Shown here: piece by piece, positions 10,130-22,316 of the stretch | Position numbering within the stretch: the stretch's first letter is position 1 | Layout of the letters: each line of letters starts with the position of its first letter | Assembly (NCBI GenBank): GCA_037447605.1 | Contig: CM074810.1 | Location: 3,754,880-3,818,879, forward strand | Direction of reading: 5' to 3' | DNA length: 64,000 nt | Source of the DNA: Zygnema circumcarinatum SAG 698-1b | Taxonomy: Eukaryota; Plantae; Zygnematophyceae | The notes under the pieces: model-generated | What the model saw: only the letters and a program-made list of their open reading frames with translations | Database searches by the model: none | Told to the model about the DNA's origin: nothing | Program-made: the position numbers and the translations under genes

Positions 10130-12771
10130 ATGCAAAAAATTGAGTCTGAAGTTACCGAAGTCAATGTGCAGGCCGACACTCCTCGCGGTGGATTTCCGCG
10201 ATTTTACATAGAACGCCTTCCCTCTGCAGAGGTCAGCTATAACCGTCCGTTTCTTTTTTTCCGTCCCTCTTATTTGAATTCTCCTTGCAGTCATAAAAAA
10301 TATTTTCTCATCGGATGTAATGTCTCAAATATTGGATGGTTATAAGTACAACTTCGCTTAGCTTGCTTATGAAATGTGTGTCGAGTTTCTGTCTCCTGCT
10401 CGCTCTCCTTCTCCCTCTCTCTCGCTCGGCCTCTCCCCTTCGTTCGCTCTCTCGTCCCTTCACTCCCTGCAGTTAACTATCAACTTCACAGGTCTTAAGG
10501 CCCTTCTTTGCGATTATGTTCCCCTTTCCCCCTTGTCTTGCTGACATTTGAAAGGAGTGGTTTGGCCATCAGTAGGGTTTATCCGTACAATTAGAGGGTT
10601 CAGAATCTCTTCATCTTGCGAAATCACTTCGACTTGGGGCCGGCGACTGGTAAGAAGGCAGCGCAAAAATCAGCAGTCAAAAGTCAGTCTTAAAAAAAAA
10701 AAAAAAACGTTCAATTTCTTAATTTTTTTTTTTTTTGTTGTTTTTTCCGAAGGTTCAGTACACCTAGCTGTAGGAAAGAACGACAAATTATAATCTTGTT
10801 AGTTTCGCTGGTTTTCAGCTCTAAGTTTTGTAGGGTTGTAAGATCGTTTTTTTTTATTATTTTTCGCTTTTTATGGTATTTAGGGATTGAGGAATTTTTA
10901 GCAGAGCCGGAGGGAAAGGGGAGGGGCAGTGTGGAGCTGTTCGACTTGAAAGGCGGCGTAGTGAGGGCACGTGTGACGGCCGTACAGCGCAGTTTTACGG
11001 AACTGGAAACGCTGCATGTAGCGCGGAGACCGCCAAGGGGGGCCCTGTGGCACGTGGCAGCAGCATGTGGCACGCTGAAGGGGGGGAGGGCGGACTGGCT
11101 GGTGGAGAAGTGCACGGTGAGGGAGGGAGGGAGGGAGGGAGGGGGGGGGAAGGGGCAAAGGAGAGGGGGAGGGGGGGGGAAGGAGGTGGGAGGGGGAAGG
11201 GGGAGGGGGTAGGGGGAGGGAGGGGGGAAGGGGGAGAGGGGTAGGGGGAGGGAGGGAGGGGGAGGGGAGGGAGGAGGGGGAGGGAGGGGGAGGAGGTGGG
11301 AGGGGGAAGGGGGAGGGGGTAGGGGGAGGGAGGGAGGGAGGGAGGGAGAGGGGGAGGGGGAGGAGGCGGGAGGGGGGAAGGGGAGAGGGGTAGGGGGAGG
11401 GAGGGAGGGAGGGGGAGGAGGCGGGAGGGGGAAGGAGAGGGGTAGGGGGAGGGGGAGGGGGATGGGGGAGGGGGTAGGGGGAGGGAGGGAGGGGGAGGGG
11501 GAGGGAGGGAGGGGGGGAGGGGGGGGAGGAGGTGGGAGGGGGAAGGGGAGAGGGGTAGGGGGAGGGAGGGAGGAGGGAGGGAGGGGGAGGGGGGAGGAGG
11601 CGGGAGGGGGAAGGGGAGAGGGGTAGGGGGAGGAGGGAGGGAGGAGGGAGGAGGTGGGAGGGGGAAGGGGGAGGGGGAGTGGTTGGGGAGGGATGAATCG
11701 TGGAAGGGAGGAACGGCTGTAGAAAGAGAGGGAGGGTAAGAAGGGGATTTCCCTTTTTTCACTCCCTACTTTCTCATCCTCTCGTCCTTCAATGGAGACA
11801 GGAGCTTGGAGCCGCTTCCTTACTGCCCATATTGACAACCCGTTCACCTCGGGCCGGCGAATCGCGAGTTGACAGGTGGCAGCGGGTGGCCCTCGCAGCG
11901 GCAAAACAATGTGAGTTATTGCAAAAAGTCACAGCGGCAACGTCTGAAGGATGTAAAAGCATGTAACGAAATTTCCGCAACCCCACACCTCCCACCCCTT
12001 TTTTCGATTTTTTACATAATGTATTCGTTGGTTTTGTATAAAGTGGTTTCACATGTTTGCTCTGCAGGTCAAAGACTGTACGGACTGGAGGTGAAGGAGC
12101 CGCAGTCGCTTCTTCATCTGCTTTCAGAGGTTATTCTTCGTCCCTCTCTCCCTCTCCTCTTGATTCGCTCTCCCACCCTCTCTTCTTTCTCCTGTAATCT
12201 CCGTCCCCTATCCATTCCAACCCCCCTCCTCCCCCCTGCCCCTCCCTTCTTTTTTCCCTCCCTGGCAGGAGGCAAAAGCACCTTCCCTAATACTTGTGGC
12301 CGCTGCCGAAAGTCCTCCTCTTCTCAAAGTTCTGACTTCGCTCGATAATGTGGGAGGGGGCCTCCTCCTCATCGGCCCTGAAGGCGGTAGGTCTCTCAGC
12401 CCTTTATCGCACCTAGAGAGAGTTATGGGAGGTAGAAGGAGAGAGAGCGAGTGGGAGAGAGGAGAGGAGAGAGGGAAAAGGGGCGAGTTGGAGTGAGGGA
12501 GAGACGTTCGAAAGGAACATTTTACTCTATGTACTATGTATCCTTCATAAGGTATGCCGGCCCATTCGATGAGAAAATGGTCAAACATGTATGCTGTAAG
12601 TATATTTCTTTGATAAAGTTAAGTTACTCGTCTGCAGATTTCACTGCGGAGGAGGTGGCGGCTCTGAGAGACTGCGGGGCCGTCTTCTGCGGGCTCGGGC
12701 CGAGGAGGCTGCGAGTGGAGACAGCCGCCATGGCCATGTTGGCGGGAATCATGCTGGCGGGAGATAGCTGA
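10130..12771 (+). CDS. RsmE: RsmE-family (16S rRNA m3U1498-type SPOUT) methyltransferase, plant type
   Basis: Exons 10130-10231 (start uncertain), 10576-10649, 10930-11116, 11802-11910, 12068-12129, 12269-12386, 12638-12771. Motifs GGFPRF, HLAKSLRL, LKGGRADWLVEKCTELGA, AAAKQCQRL, LIGPEGDFT and LGPRRLRVETA. Confidence 0.9.
11118..11690 (+). repeat. G-rich polypurine tract (GGGA/GGGGGA) in RsmE intron 3
   Basis: Almost exclusively G and A for about 570 bp with many runs of 3 or more G; it produces the spurious Pro-rich ORFs on the minus strand. Confidence 0.9.
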
Positions 12772-13659
12772 GCGGGAGAGGGAGAGAGGGAGAGAGAGAA
12801 AGGGAGAGAGAGTTGGGGAGAAAAATGGAGAGTGGGGGAGCGAAAGTCATGGAGATAGGGAGAGCGAGAGGGGGAAAAGAGGGAAAGGGATGAATGGGAG
12901 TGGAGCAGGCAGAGTAATTGAGAAGGCGAGGGAGAGAGGGGGGGATACGGAGAGGAATGAAGGGAAGAATGACCAATAGGAAAAAGGTTAGACGAGGGAG
13001 GGAGCATGCGGCTCCAGCATTTCAAAAAGTTTTAGGAACATGCTGGGCTTCCTTCTTTTCATGTTTTCTTATTCTGACCGTAGCCAATCTAACTTCTGTC
13101 GTGGAAATTTTAAGGCCTTCCTGTCACAATTTCCGTCATCACGTATTGAAGAGAATAAGCGATCTTCCCGTATATCTTAAGGGCGGTTTCCAGTTGAAGT
13201 GTCTGTGTAGTTTTTGTGTGTACGATTGACTGGCATCCTATGCTGCCATTGCCGTTAGACTCTTCTTCACTAAGCATGTACATGGGCGGAAAATTTTCAA
13301 CCGTCGCCTTATGGTCCATGCGGCCCATACAATTTGCGCAAATGAAGTGAGAAATGTCCCATCGTTTTTGAGAGCGACAGACAAAACATGGAGCGGAGAT
13401 AGGGGGCGGTATATTGGGAGGGAGGGAGAGCGAGAGAGGAGAGGGCGAGAGTGGGGAATTGGAGGGAGAGGGGGACGGGAAGGTGAGAACACAAACCACA
13501 GCGAATACCAGTTTCACTCTTCCATTTTATCATTTTGACTTCAAAACTTCGATATCTGCCATTCTCCGGACCGCTCAACGTCCTCCAAAAGGGTGTTCCC
13601 TCCCTCCCAATCGCTCTTCTCTCTCCTCCCCCCCCTTCCCGCCCCCTAAATTGCCGGCT

Positions 13660-16600
13660 CTATTGCGGCGGCACGGGGGTTCCAATATTCATAATATTGC
13701 TGTGCAGCTGATACGTTCTCGATGTCAAATTTTTCGTCCTCTCAATAATTGATTCGTACCTGCAGACCCAAAATTTCAGGGGAAAAAAAGCGAACAAAAA
13801 ATATATCCAAGACCCCAAACAAACCCCAAAAACTCAGAATCGTAACCAAAAAAACGGGCCGATCTTCAAAGCCAGAAAAAAAAAAAAAAGAACAACAAGG
13901 TTTTGGGGTTCAGCAAATCACTCTTCATAAATTGGGGTTCGGGAATAAAGGTTTAGAAATTAGGCTCGAGTCGACCCCCACTTACACGCTGGTGTGTTGT
14001 GAGACCATCACCACTGTCCCCGCCTTCGAGTCGATCTTTGCGTCCAGTTTAGCGTTCCGTATGAGGTTTAGGATCCACCTCTCCGCCGCGTCCTGCATCA
14101 TATTCAGCTTCTCCGCCAACATCCTGCGCAGCACAACATCACTCCCTCTACATCACTTCTCTGCTCACGCATCCCCCCCTGAGCCGTACTGACTCTCAAC
14201 TTCGAAAATATTTAACCCTGGGCACGAGAAATCTGAAGGACTGGAAACTATGGAACTAAGTGTGTGTGTGTGTGTGTGTGAATATATAGTATATTTCCTC
14301 ACTTGATATCGATGACTTTATGAATTCTGCAATAGGTTTCGAAGATGAAGAGTCGCGCGTTTTCCAAAAACTCGTCCCGGAAGGGCATGGCCTGGTAGCT
14401 GTTTTCCTGCACCTGCTTTCCGAGAAAGAAGTCGTTCGCTAGAAGCTGCAGAGCATCCAGCAAAGCCCCAGGATCGTACTTTTCAGTATGAATTTCAGAA
14501 ACAAAAAAACCGTTCATGAGCAACATATCAGCACATGTAGTTGGTAATACAAGTGATGAAATTATGGAATTCCCACAGTCAGAGATGCAACCCTCACAGA
14601 GGGAAGAAGAGCGGAAAGGGGAGGGGGGGAGGGACAGAGGGAAGGGAAGAGAGGGAGGGGTGGAGGGTAACGGGCAAACAAGACGCAGACATGCTCCCCT
14701 CTAAACTCCCGTCTCTCTCTATCTTGCTAAACAAGTCTTTCCACCGATTCGGTAACAGTTACAAAGAAAGTCTTGTTCCAGGATCCTAGTGTTTTTTTTG
14801 CAAGTTTCTAGCACTAACTTAGAGGTCTGGTCTTTAGGACCAACACGATTCTAGACTACAATAGAGCACGAGAGGCCTTCAGACTCTTGGAGGCCTTGGA
14901 AGGTTTCGAGTGGTAGGGATTTCGAATTTCGACTTTCAGAGGTAGAGGGAGAGGAAGAGGGAGAGGGAGATGGAGATTGCGAGGAATGTAAGAGAGGGAG
15001 AAGGAGAGGGAGGGGGAGATGGAGATTGCGAGGAATGTAAGAGAGGGAGGAGGAGAGGGAGGGGGAGATGGAGATTGCGAGGAATGTAAGAGAGGGAGAA
15101 GGAGAGGGAGGGGGATATGGAGATTGCGAGGAATGTAAGAGAGGGAGAAGGAGAGGGATTGGGAGATGGAGATTGCGAGGAATGTAAGAGAGGGAAGAAG
15201 GAGAGGAAAGTATCTGCGGTATCAGGGCTTGTTGCTAACCAACCTCCTCGCAGTCTCGCAGTTTTGCCTGCGCTCCATCCAAGTCGTAGTCCACAAAGAG
15301 CGCGAGCACAAAGTCAGTGATGGGGTCTCTGCTCGCGTGCTCCTCCTGCTGCACTGCGCGGACAAGGTCCTTTACGAGCCCCCTCCGCCGCTTGCAGGTC
15401 AGAATTGCATGAGCGAGGTAGCGCAGGAGATGGGGGGCGTTCGTCTGAATGGCGTTCAAGTACCTGCTCTCAGGATGCCATGGTTCGGGGTGTTAGGATT
15501 TGCAGAGGTTTTAGGGTTATTGGGAAAGCTAAGGTTGGCTGCAGTTCCACTCTTCTTTAGCACCCGCTGTGGAAATAGGTGCGATTTGGCCACCAAAAGG
15601 TATTGATGTATTAGATCCTTGGGGAATTCCTTTTTTCAATACTGTGATCTTGCTCTCATCTGGAGCTGCTGTTACTTTGGGAATGCCAACTTAGGGTTTT
15701 TAGGGTGCCTTAGGGTGCTTGCAGTCGGAATGCCAACTTTTGGGTTTTCAGAGTTTCCAGAAGTTTTAGGGTTTGTCAGGCTTTTTGAGGGGACTGGGGG
15801 CTTAATAGAGTCTTAGGGTTTTATAGGAGGTTAGCCCTTGTAGAATTTACGTTTTTTAAAGCTTCAAAATTAATTGATTGAAAGCGACAAGGTCAGATCT
15901 CTTCATTGAGGAACCAACATGCAATATCTAATTATAAAAGCGGCTCTTGTGAACACACCTTTCTTGGAGGAAAAGATCAATAAGTCCATTTTTGCCCCCG
16001 TCTGTATTATAGTACACGAACAGACTCCAGTGAAGGAGCCATGTGCGCTGCTGCAGCTGCTCCAACGGAGATGAAAAGTTCTGGACTCCGTTCAACGGAA
16101 CTGAAGTCAGTACGAGAACACGGAGAAGGTGAGAGAGGGGGAGGGGGAAGGGGGGTGGGAGAGGGGGAGGTGGGGGGAGGAGGGAGCCGGAGCGAGAGAG
16201 CATGACGAAGGGCGTGACGGAGGGTGTGGGCAAGAGAAGGTCAGATAGAGGGAGGGGGAGAGGGAGACGAAGCGGGTGAAGAGTGAGGGAGAGAAGGGGA
16301 GAAAGTGAGATTGAGGGGAAGGAGGCGAGGAAGGGAGAGGGAGGGGGAGGGGGGAGGGAATGGAGAGAGGCGGGAAGGGGAGATGCAAATTGGAGTGGGT
16401 GAGGGGAGAGAGGGCATGGCAAAGTGGCGGAGAGGAGCGAGAGGGAGATGTGAAAGTCTGATAATGAAAGGGGGAGGGGAGGCGAGAGGCCAAAAGGTAG
16501 GGAAAGCGAGGAAGCAGAGAAAGGACAGGAATTACTTTACCGCCTTTCCAGCCACGATTCATATCAAATAAACCCGAAACCCTGAAAATTTCCCGAAACT

Positions 16601-18361
16601 ATTGTAGCTCCACGACCCAGACCCCTACTACGCTAAAACCTTAAACCCTTCAAACCCTAGAATCTCACCTTGGCATCGATGATATCCTTCAGCTTATTCA
16701 ACTCATCAACCGCCACATCCCAATTCTGCATCAGAATTTCTGCCGCCAATTTCCCCCATAGTGCGGAAACGGATCGATCGCTATTTGTGCATAGAGTCCG
16801 ATATTGGTAAAGAAAATCAGCAGCCCCGGAATAGTTTCCGCATTCAAACTGAAACTTCGCATAGTGGTACAGAGCTTCAATTTGCTCCTCTCCAATCTGC
16901 ACACGCACTCCACAAAATGGTAAAATAGTACTTTAAAATTCCTGAAATCTGCAATCAAAAGTTTTAAGCATGCAAACCCTGATTCCATGAAACCCTAAAG
17001 ACAAGAAAGCATAAAAACCCGAAATAAATAATGCTCTCTCGCCCTGTAGCTCTCCTTCCTCTCTCCCCCCCTCTTACACACACTCTCTACCCAATAAATC
17101 CTATCAAGCCGTCACCACTCTCAGTCAGTTTGACTGAAGTTTCTAAACCAAAAACTGCACGACAAAGAGGAAATAAGGAGCATCAAGCTTCCGCAAGCCA
17201 TACCAACTCCACAACAACAACAACAACAACAACAACAAACTAACTAACTTATCAACTCAATAACATGACGCATTGTGCAATATATTGATGCATAAAACCA
17301 TATAATAAACTTTAATTTGATGCATTGTCCAACAAAGTATGGCACGAAACCACACGACAGTCCCCTGTACCTGATACTTCTCCTGCAGCATGTGCAGGTT
17401 GTACTGCTTGTCCTGGCGAAGCTCCTGCACGAGGGAGGGGTTCTGCAGGAAGGAGATGAGAGGCGCCGCCGCCTCCTCGAGAGCCTTCAGACGGCCCACC
17501 ACCTCTGCACGGCGCTCCACCATGGCTGCGGGACAGGCCGGGAGGGGCCGTCAGGGGAGGGAGGGGGAGAGGGAGGGAGGGAGGGAGGGAGCGCGCGGAA
17601 AAAAATGTATGGAGGACGAGGAAAAATGAGAGAAAGCTGATGTGGGAGACGGAGAGAAAGCCAGAGAGAGCGAAAGAGAGAGAGAGTGGCGAGTTTTCTT
17701 TTTCGCCTGCCTACGGCCCCGCCTTTTACTATCCTTAATGGTATTTATGGTTCGAGCTTAAACGTGCTGTAAGTGGCCTCATTTTCAGATCGAACCGATA
17801 AGCTTTAGAAAGGGTTCGTGTAAACAGAAAGCGACGCTGGCAATTCAGCCAAAGTCTTTCAAAGGAGGATTTCAAAAAGGCGTGTTGATTCATCTCTCCC
17901 TCTCCCTCTCCCTATAACCCTAAACTTAAATTCTGAACCCTAATTTCGAAACGATAAGCCACTTGGAATTCATCTTCGTTTCGGCAATGAATCGCCTTAT
18001 ACCCCCATCTATATCTCCAGAAATAAGAAAAAAGAAAAATACGACACGATAAAAAAAAAGGGACGTGGCAAAAACCATCACTAACATTAAGGAATTAAGT
18101 AATTTAAAAATACTAATAATCAAATCAATAAGGCGAAAAAGGTAAGAAAAAATTACAGGGAGGGACCTCCTCGGTGTGATAGAGGCTCCGGTGGATGTCC
18201 ATGGCGTAGTCGACCATGTTCGTCTTCCCGAGCAGCTCAATTTTCGCCTTCAATATTTCATCTTCCGGATAAATTTGCCGATCCTGGAGAAATTCTAGAA
18301 GCGGAAATACCAAATGGCGGTCTAGAAATGGCGAAATTTTGGGCGTGAGGTCGTCTGCCAT
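13660..18361 (-). CDS. EIF3E: Eukaryotic translation initiation factor 3 subunit E (INT6)
   Basis: Exons 18361-18157, 17525-17371, 16896-16669, 16080-15959, 15463-15244, 14445-14303, 14123-13986, 13759-13660. Motifs [68 protein letters not shown] and [14 protein letters not shown]. Confidence 0.97.
14966..15205 (+). repeat. 49-bp minisatellite, about 5 copies, in eIF3e intron 5
   Basis: The unit GGAGATGGAGATTGCGAGGAATGTAAGAGAGGGAGAAGGAGAGGGAGGG recurs with period 49. Confidence 0.85.
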
Positions 18362-18909
18362 GGCTGCGACTGGAGGGGGGGAGCTGGGAGAGGGAGAGGG
18401 AGGGAGAGAGAGAGGGAGAGAGTGGGAGAGAGAGAGGGAGAGGGAGAGGGAGAGGAAGGCTGGGAGAGCGGCAGGTTCAGGAGTGGTAGCGGCACGGATG
18501 GGTTCAGACTTCCAAAAAAAATCCGAACCCTAATTTGCAGGACGGGTACCGTGCCAGGTTCCATGTGCATGCGGAAAATCTAGTTGAACTGGCCGTTGAA
18601 TAACGACTGTTCTATACGTTTCAACATAGAGATTTACTCAGCAGTTCTACGGTACCATACATTACGGTGTAGCAGTAATATTCGGTAATATCCAAACGTT
18701 TCAGACTCGTAGAACACTTTTAGCATGGCCGTACGACCGCTGCAGTTGAACATCATGTACGGTTGTACATCTCAACGGTTGTCCATCTCAACGGTTGTCG
18801 ATCTCAATTTTAGGACTAAAAGCCCTAAAAAGCCTAAAATCTGACCGGCCAAAAAAGGCGTGTATCTAGCAAAAAAGTGTACATGTAGCAAAAAAAGGTG
18901 TATATCTTG

Positions 18910-20762
18910 CACAGATCGGACCATTAGACAAACCAGTCGACTGGTTGGCAACCAGTGGATGCCACTGGTTCGCAACCAGTCGACTGGTTGCCAACCAGTG
19001 GATGCCACTGGTTCGCAACCAGTCGACTGGTTGCCAACCAGTGGCATCCACTGGTTCCAAACCATTCGACTGGTTGCCAACCAGTGGTTGCGGATCGAAA
19101 CAACCATTCGACTGGTTGCCAACCAGTGGCATCCACTGGTTCCAAACCAGTCGACTGGTTGCCAACCAGTGGTTGCGGACCGAAACAACCATTCGACTGG
19201 TTGCCAACCAGTGGCATCCACTGGTTGGAAACCAGTCGACTGGTTGCGAACCAGTGGCGCAGGACTGAAACAACCATTCGACTGGTTCGGAACCAGTGAT
19301 CCAATGGTTGGCAACCATTAAATTGTCGGTGTACGGATCCCCGTATTGTCGATATACTGTAAATATGTTCCGTACGATTTTTCGTACGATTTTCCGGCAA
19401 ATTTAAAAGGAAAATTCTATTCTCACACCTTTTTTGTCTACACACAGGCCTCTTTTCGCCGGGCAGATTTTAGAATAGCGCAAAAAAAGAACACACCTTT
19501 CACACCTTCTCACCTTTTTTTTTTTCACCTTTTTTTTTTCACCTTTTTTTTCACACCTTTTTGAAATCGACACACCTTTCTCCATCGGGCAGATTTTACC
19601 CCTTCTTGTTTTTTTCAGAGAAAAAAATATCGGCCTGCCCGAATCCTCTCGGAGCAGAAGTTCCGTCCGCCACGAGATCGTTCGCGGGTGGCCGTCCTTC
19701 ACACGTGCAGAAACCATACACCGTCGATTCTAGCGCAGATCACACCACGGCAGATCGCCGTTCGATCGGCAGCCGGGCTCGGTCCCAGCGAATGGCACAC
19801 GCCCACGTGTCCCACCCAAGCCGGCTTGAGGTCCGTACACTATTCGTACGGTCGCAGCTTCGAGGAAAGTCTAAATTCCTTACATTGAGAGCTTGTACCA
19901 ATCACCATCTGCCGCGTGTTATTTTTGGACGTGGCAAACTGTGATTGGTACAGGCACTGAACTTTTTATTACGTTTTTTGACTTTCCTCGAAGCTGCGGA
20001 CGTACGCCTTTTGTACGGTCCTTTGAGCCGGCTTGGGTGGGACACGTGGGACAGAGCCTGGCTGCTGATCGAACGGTGATCTGCCAAGGTGCGATCTGAG
20101 TGAATATCGACGGCGGAAAATTATTGCACGTGTAAATGACGGCCATCCGCGAACGATCTCGTGGCGGACGGATCTTTCCCTCCGAGCGGATTCGGGCAGG
20201 CAGATATTTTTCTCTCTGAAAATAAATGATAAGGAGTAAAATCTGCCCGACAGAAATGGTGCTCACGGCGCTCGGCCGCTCAGTAGTAGCGTGTATCGAT
20301 TCCAAAAAGATGTGAAAAAAAAGGTGAGAGAAAAAAAGGTGTGAAAGGTGTGTTCCTTTTTTGTCTATTTTAAAATCTGCCCGGCGAAAAGAGGTCTGTG
20401 TGTAGACAAAAAAGGTGTGAGAATAGAATTTTCCTTTAAAAAAATTGCCGGAAAATCGTACGGAAAATATTTACAGTATATCGACAATACGGGGATCCGT
20501 ACACCGACAATTTAATGGTTGCCAACCATTTGATTTATGGGATATAACCATTCGACTGGTTGCCAACCAGTGCTGCCGGATCGAAACAACCATTCGACTG
20601 GTTGCCAACCAGTGGATGCCACTGGTTCACAACCAGTCGACTGGTTGCCAACCAGTGCCGCCGGATCGAAACAACCATTCGACTGGTTGCCAACCAGTAG
20701 ACGTCCAACCATTGCCATCCAATGGTTGTCCAATGGTTGCCGATCCACTGGTCCGAACTGTG
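18910..20762. mobile_element. CACAG...CTGTG TIR element with palindromic tandem arrays and an 8-bp target duplication
   Basis: Termini CACAGATCGGACCA / TGGTCCGAACTGTG; direct repeat ATATCTTG at 18902-18909 and 20763-20770. Nine 42-43 bp units at 18931-19318 and four at 20546-20700. Inner inverted flanks about 19310-19400 versus 20443-20530. Confidence 0.8.
19409..20434. mobile_element. GG...CC foldback element copy B, inserted at the centre of the CACAG element
   Basis: GGAAAATTCTATTCTCACACC at 19409 and GGTGTGAGAATAGAATTTTCC ending 20434; long inverted arms homologous to copies A and C; flanked by TTTAAAA on both sides (19402-19408, 20435-20441). Confidence 0.8.
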
Positions 20763-21193
20763 ATATCTTGCCAAAAAGCTGTGTGTTTCGCCAACAAAGG
20801 TGTGTATCTTGCCAAGAGAAGGTGTGTAAGTAGCTTCCCACCGTGTTCTAATATCCATCCCTGGCACGGTGACCTGTCCCATCGCCGATGACGTCCGCCC
20901 GGTCCCTTTCAGAGGACGGTGCTGTAATCCCATCCTCAACATCCCAAACTGGCCATGGTCCCATGCCATGCCATGCCATGCCCATCGCGACCATGCCATG
21001 CCAGCATCACTCCAGCTCTTTAGGGGTCTAGGGGTGACATGGCCATGGGGGCCATGGGTTGACGGGGGCCATGGCCATGGCCATGGGCCCTGGCGCCCTT
21101 GGGAGGGCCATTTAGGGTTCCTCCCTCCCCTCTCCCCCCGCCTGCTGCCTGCTCGACAGCTCTGCAGGCAGGCCGGGGAGGCGGGGGGCAGCC

Positions 21194-22278
21194 ATGGCGG
21201 CCATGGCAGCCATGGCCTTGTCGAATGCGACCGAAGCCATGGCTGTGTATCTGCAGGAGTCTTTCACGCTTTCTTGGCTCCCAGACTACGTCTCGCACGG
21301 TAAAGCATAGGATGAATCTTTTCTTGGAGCTTGAAGAAATCGCATCTCTATCCCTTATGGCTTACCTTTGCCCTCTTTTGTAGAGTTCCAGAACCCTCCC
21401 TCCAGCCTGACATTCGTTTTGGCGATGTTCTGGTTTGCAGGCCATTTGCTTCTGGAGACCATCCTGATTGTTGTCATTGTAACTCTCATGATTTCAAAGA
21501 GTTATAAGCCGAACCGACCCCTTTCAGAGAAGGTGCAGTTCTCTTATTTTTCAATTTCTTCTGCAATCTATGATGTTTCGGGGGTCTCGGTTGCTTACAC
21601 AGATTATTGAACCGATCTCCTTAATTGATATTTCTTGTATTCAGGATTAAGTGAAAGGAGGAAAGAGAGAGACAGAGAGATACATTTTCTCTCTAGATTT
21701 ATTGAATTTTTTTCTTTCAACATTTTGTGTTCTACAGGAGATTGACTCCCTCTGTGAGGAGTGGCAGCCGGAGCCTTTGCATCCGCCCGTTTCAGAAGAT
21801 TTGCTGGAGAAGAACTCTCCTATTCTAGAGTGGTAAGCTATCTCCCTCCCTTTTTTTCTCTTCGTATCTCTCTTATCCACCTGTTTTGCTCTTGTTCCTC
21901 TCCCTTCCTCCCTCCCTCCCTCCCTCTTTCCCTCCCTCCCTTCCTCCCTCCCTTCCTCCATCCCTCCCTCCCTCGCCTTTTCCTCTTACGTATACCCCAC
22001 AGGAAGCCTGACTTGCTGTGAAGTGTTATGGTGGTTTTCTGGGTTCGTTTTTTCGCTTTTTTTTTCTGCATTGGGGCAGCGCTGCCGGGCCGAGGACGGT
22101 GGTGAATGGAAAAAACGTGCTGAATTTGGCGGCGGCAAATTTATTGGACCTTTTGGGAAACAAGCGCATCAATGTGAGAGGTTCTAGAACTCAACATTGT
22201 GTGCCGTCAAATCTTTTAATATGGTTTGTGTTCCCAGAACATTGCGACTCCCTATTGGATCCCTGTTCATTTCTCTCT

Positions 22279-22316
<38 letters not shown>

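Larger units (their letters stand above)
18836..20839. mobile_element. Right-terminal remnant of a GG...CC family element, interrupted by a nested insertion
   Basis: Joining 18836-18909 to 20771-20839 gives AAAATCTGACCGGCC plus tandem AAAAAGGTGTGTATCTAGC-like units ending GGTGTGTAAGTAGCTTCCC, like the right ends of the 3288 MITE and copies A and B. Confidence 0.55.

Noticed and set aside
13110-13517. 135-aa minus-strand ORF with FICANC
   Set aside because: No recognisable family, no good splice acceptor or ATG context; it lies between the converging 3' ends of RsmE and eIF3e and is probably UTR.
17745-17800. GGTTCGA...TCGAACC, a tRNA T-loop-like or hairpin motif in eIF3e intron 1
   Set aside because: No cloverleaf or A-box can be built, and a 7-bp stem can arise by chance.
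18931-19318. CRISPR-like repeat/spacer appearance
   Set aside because: The variable segments are only 15-17 bp, fall into two related classes and are not unique spacers. There are no cas genes, the context is eukaryotic, and the array lies inside a TIR element.
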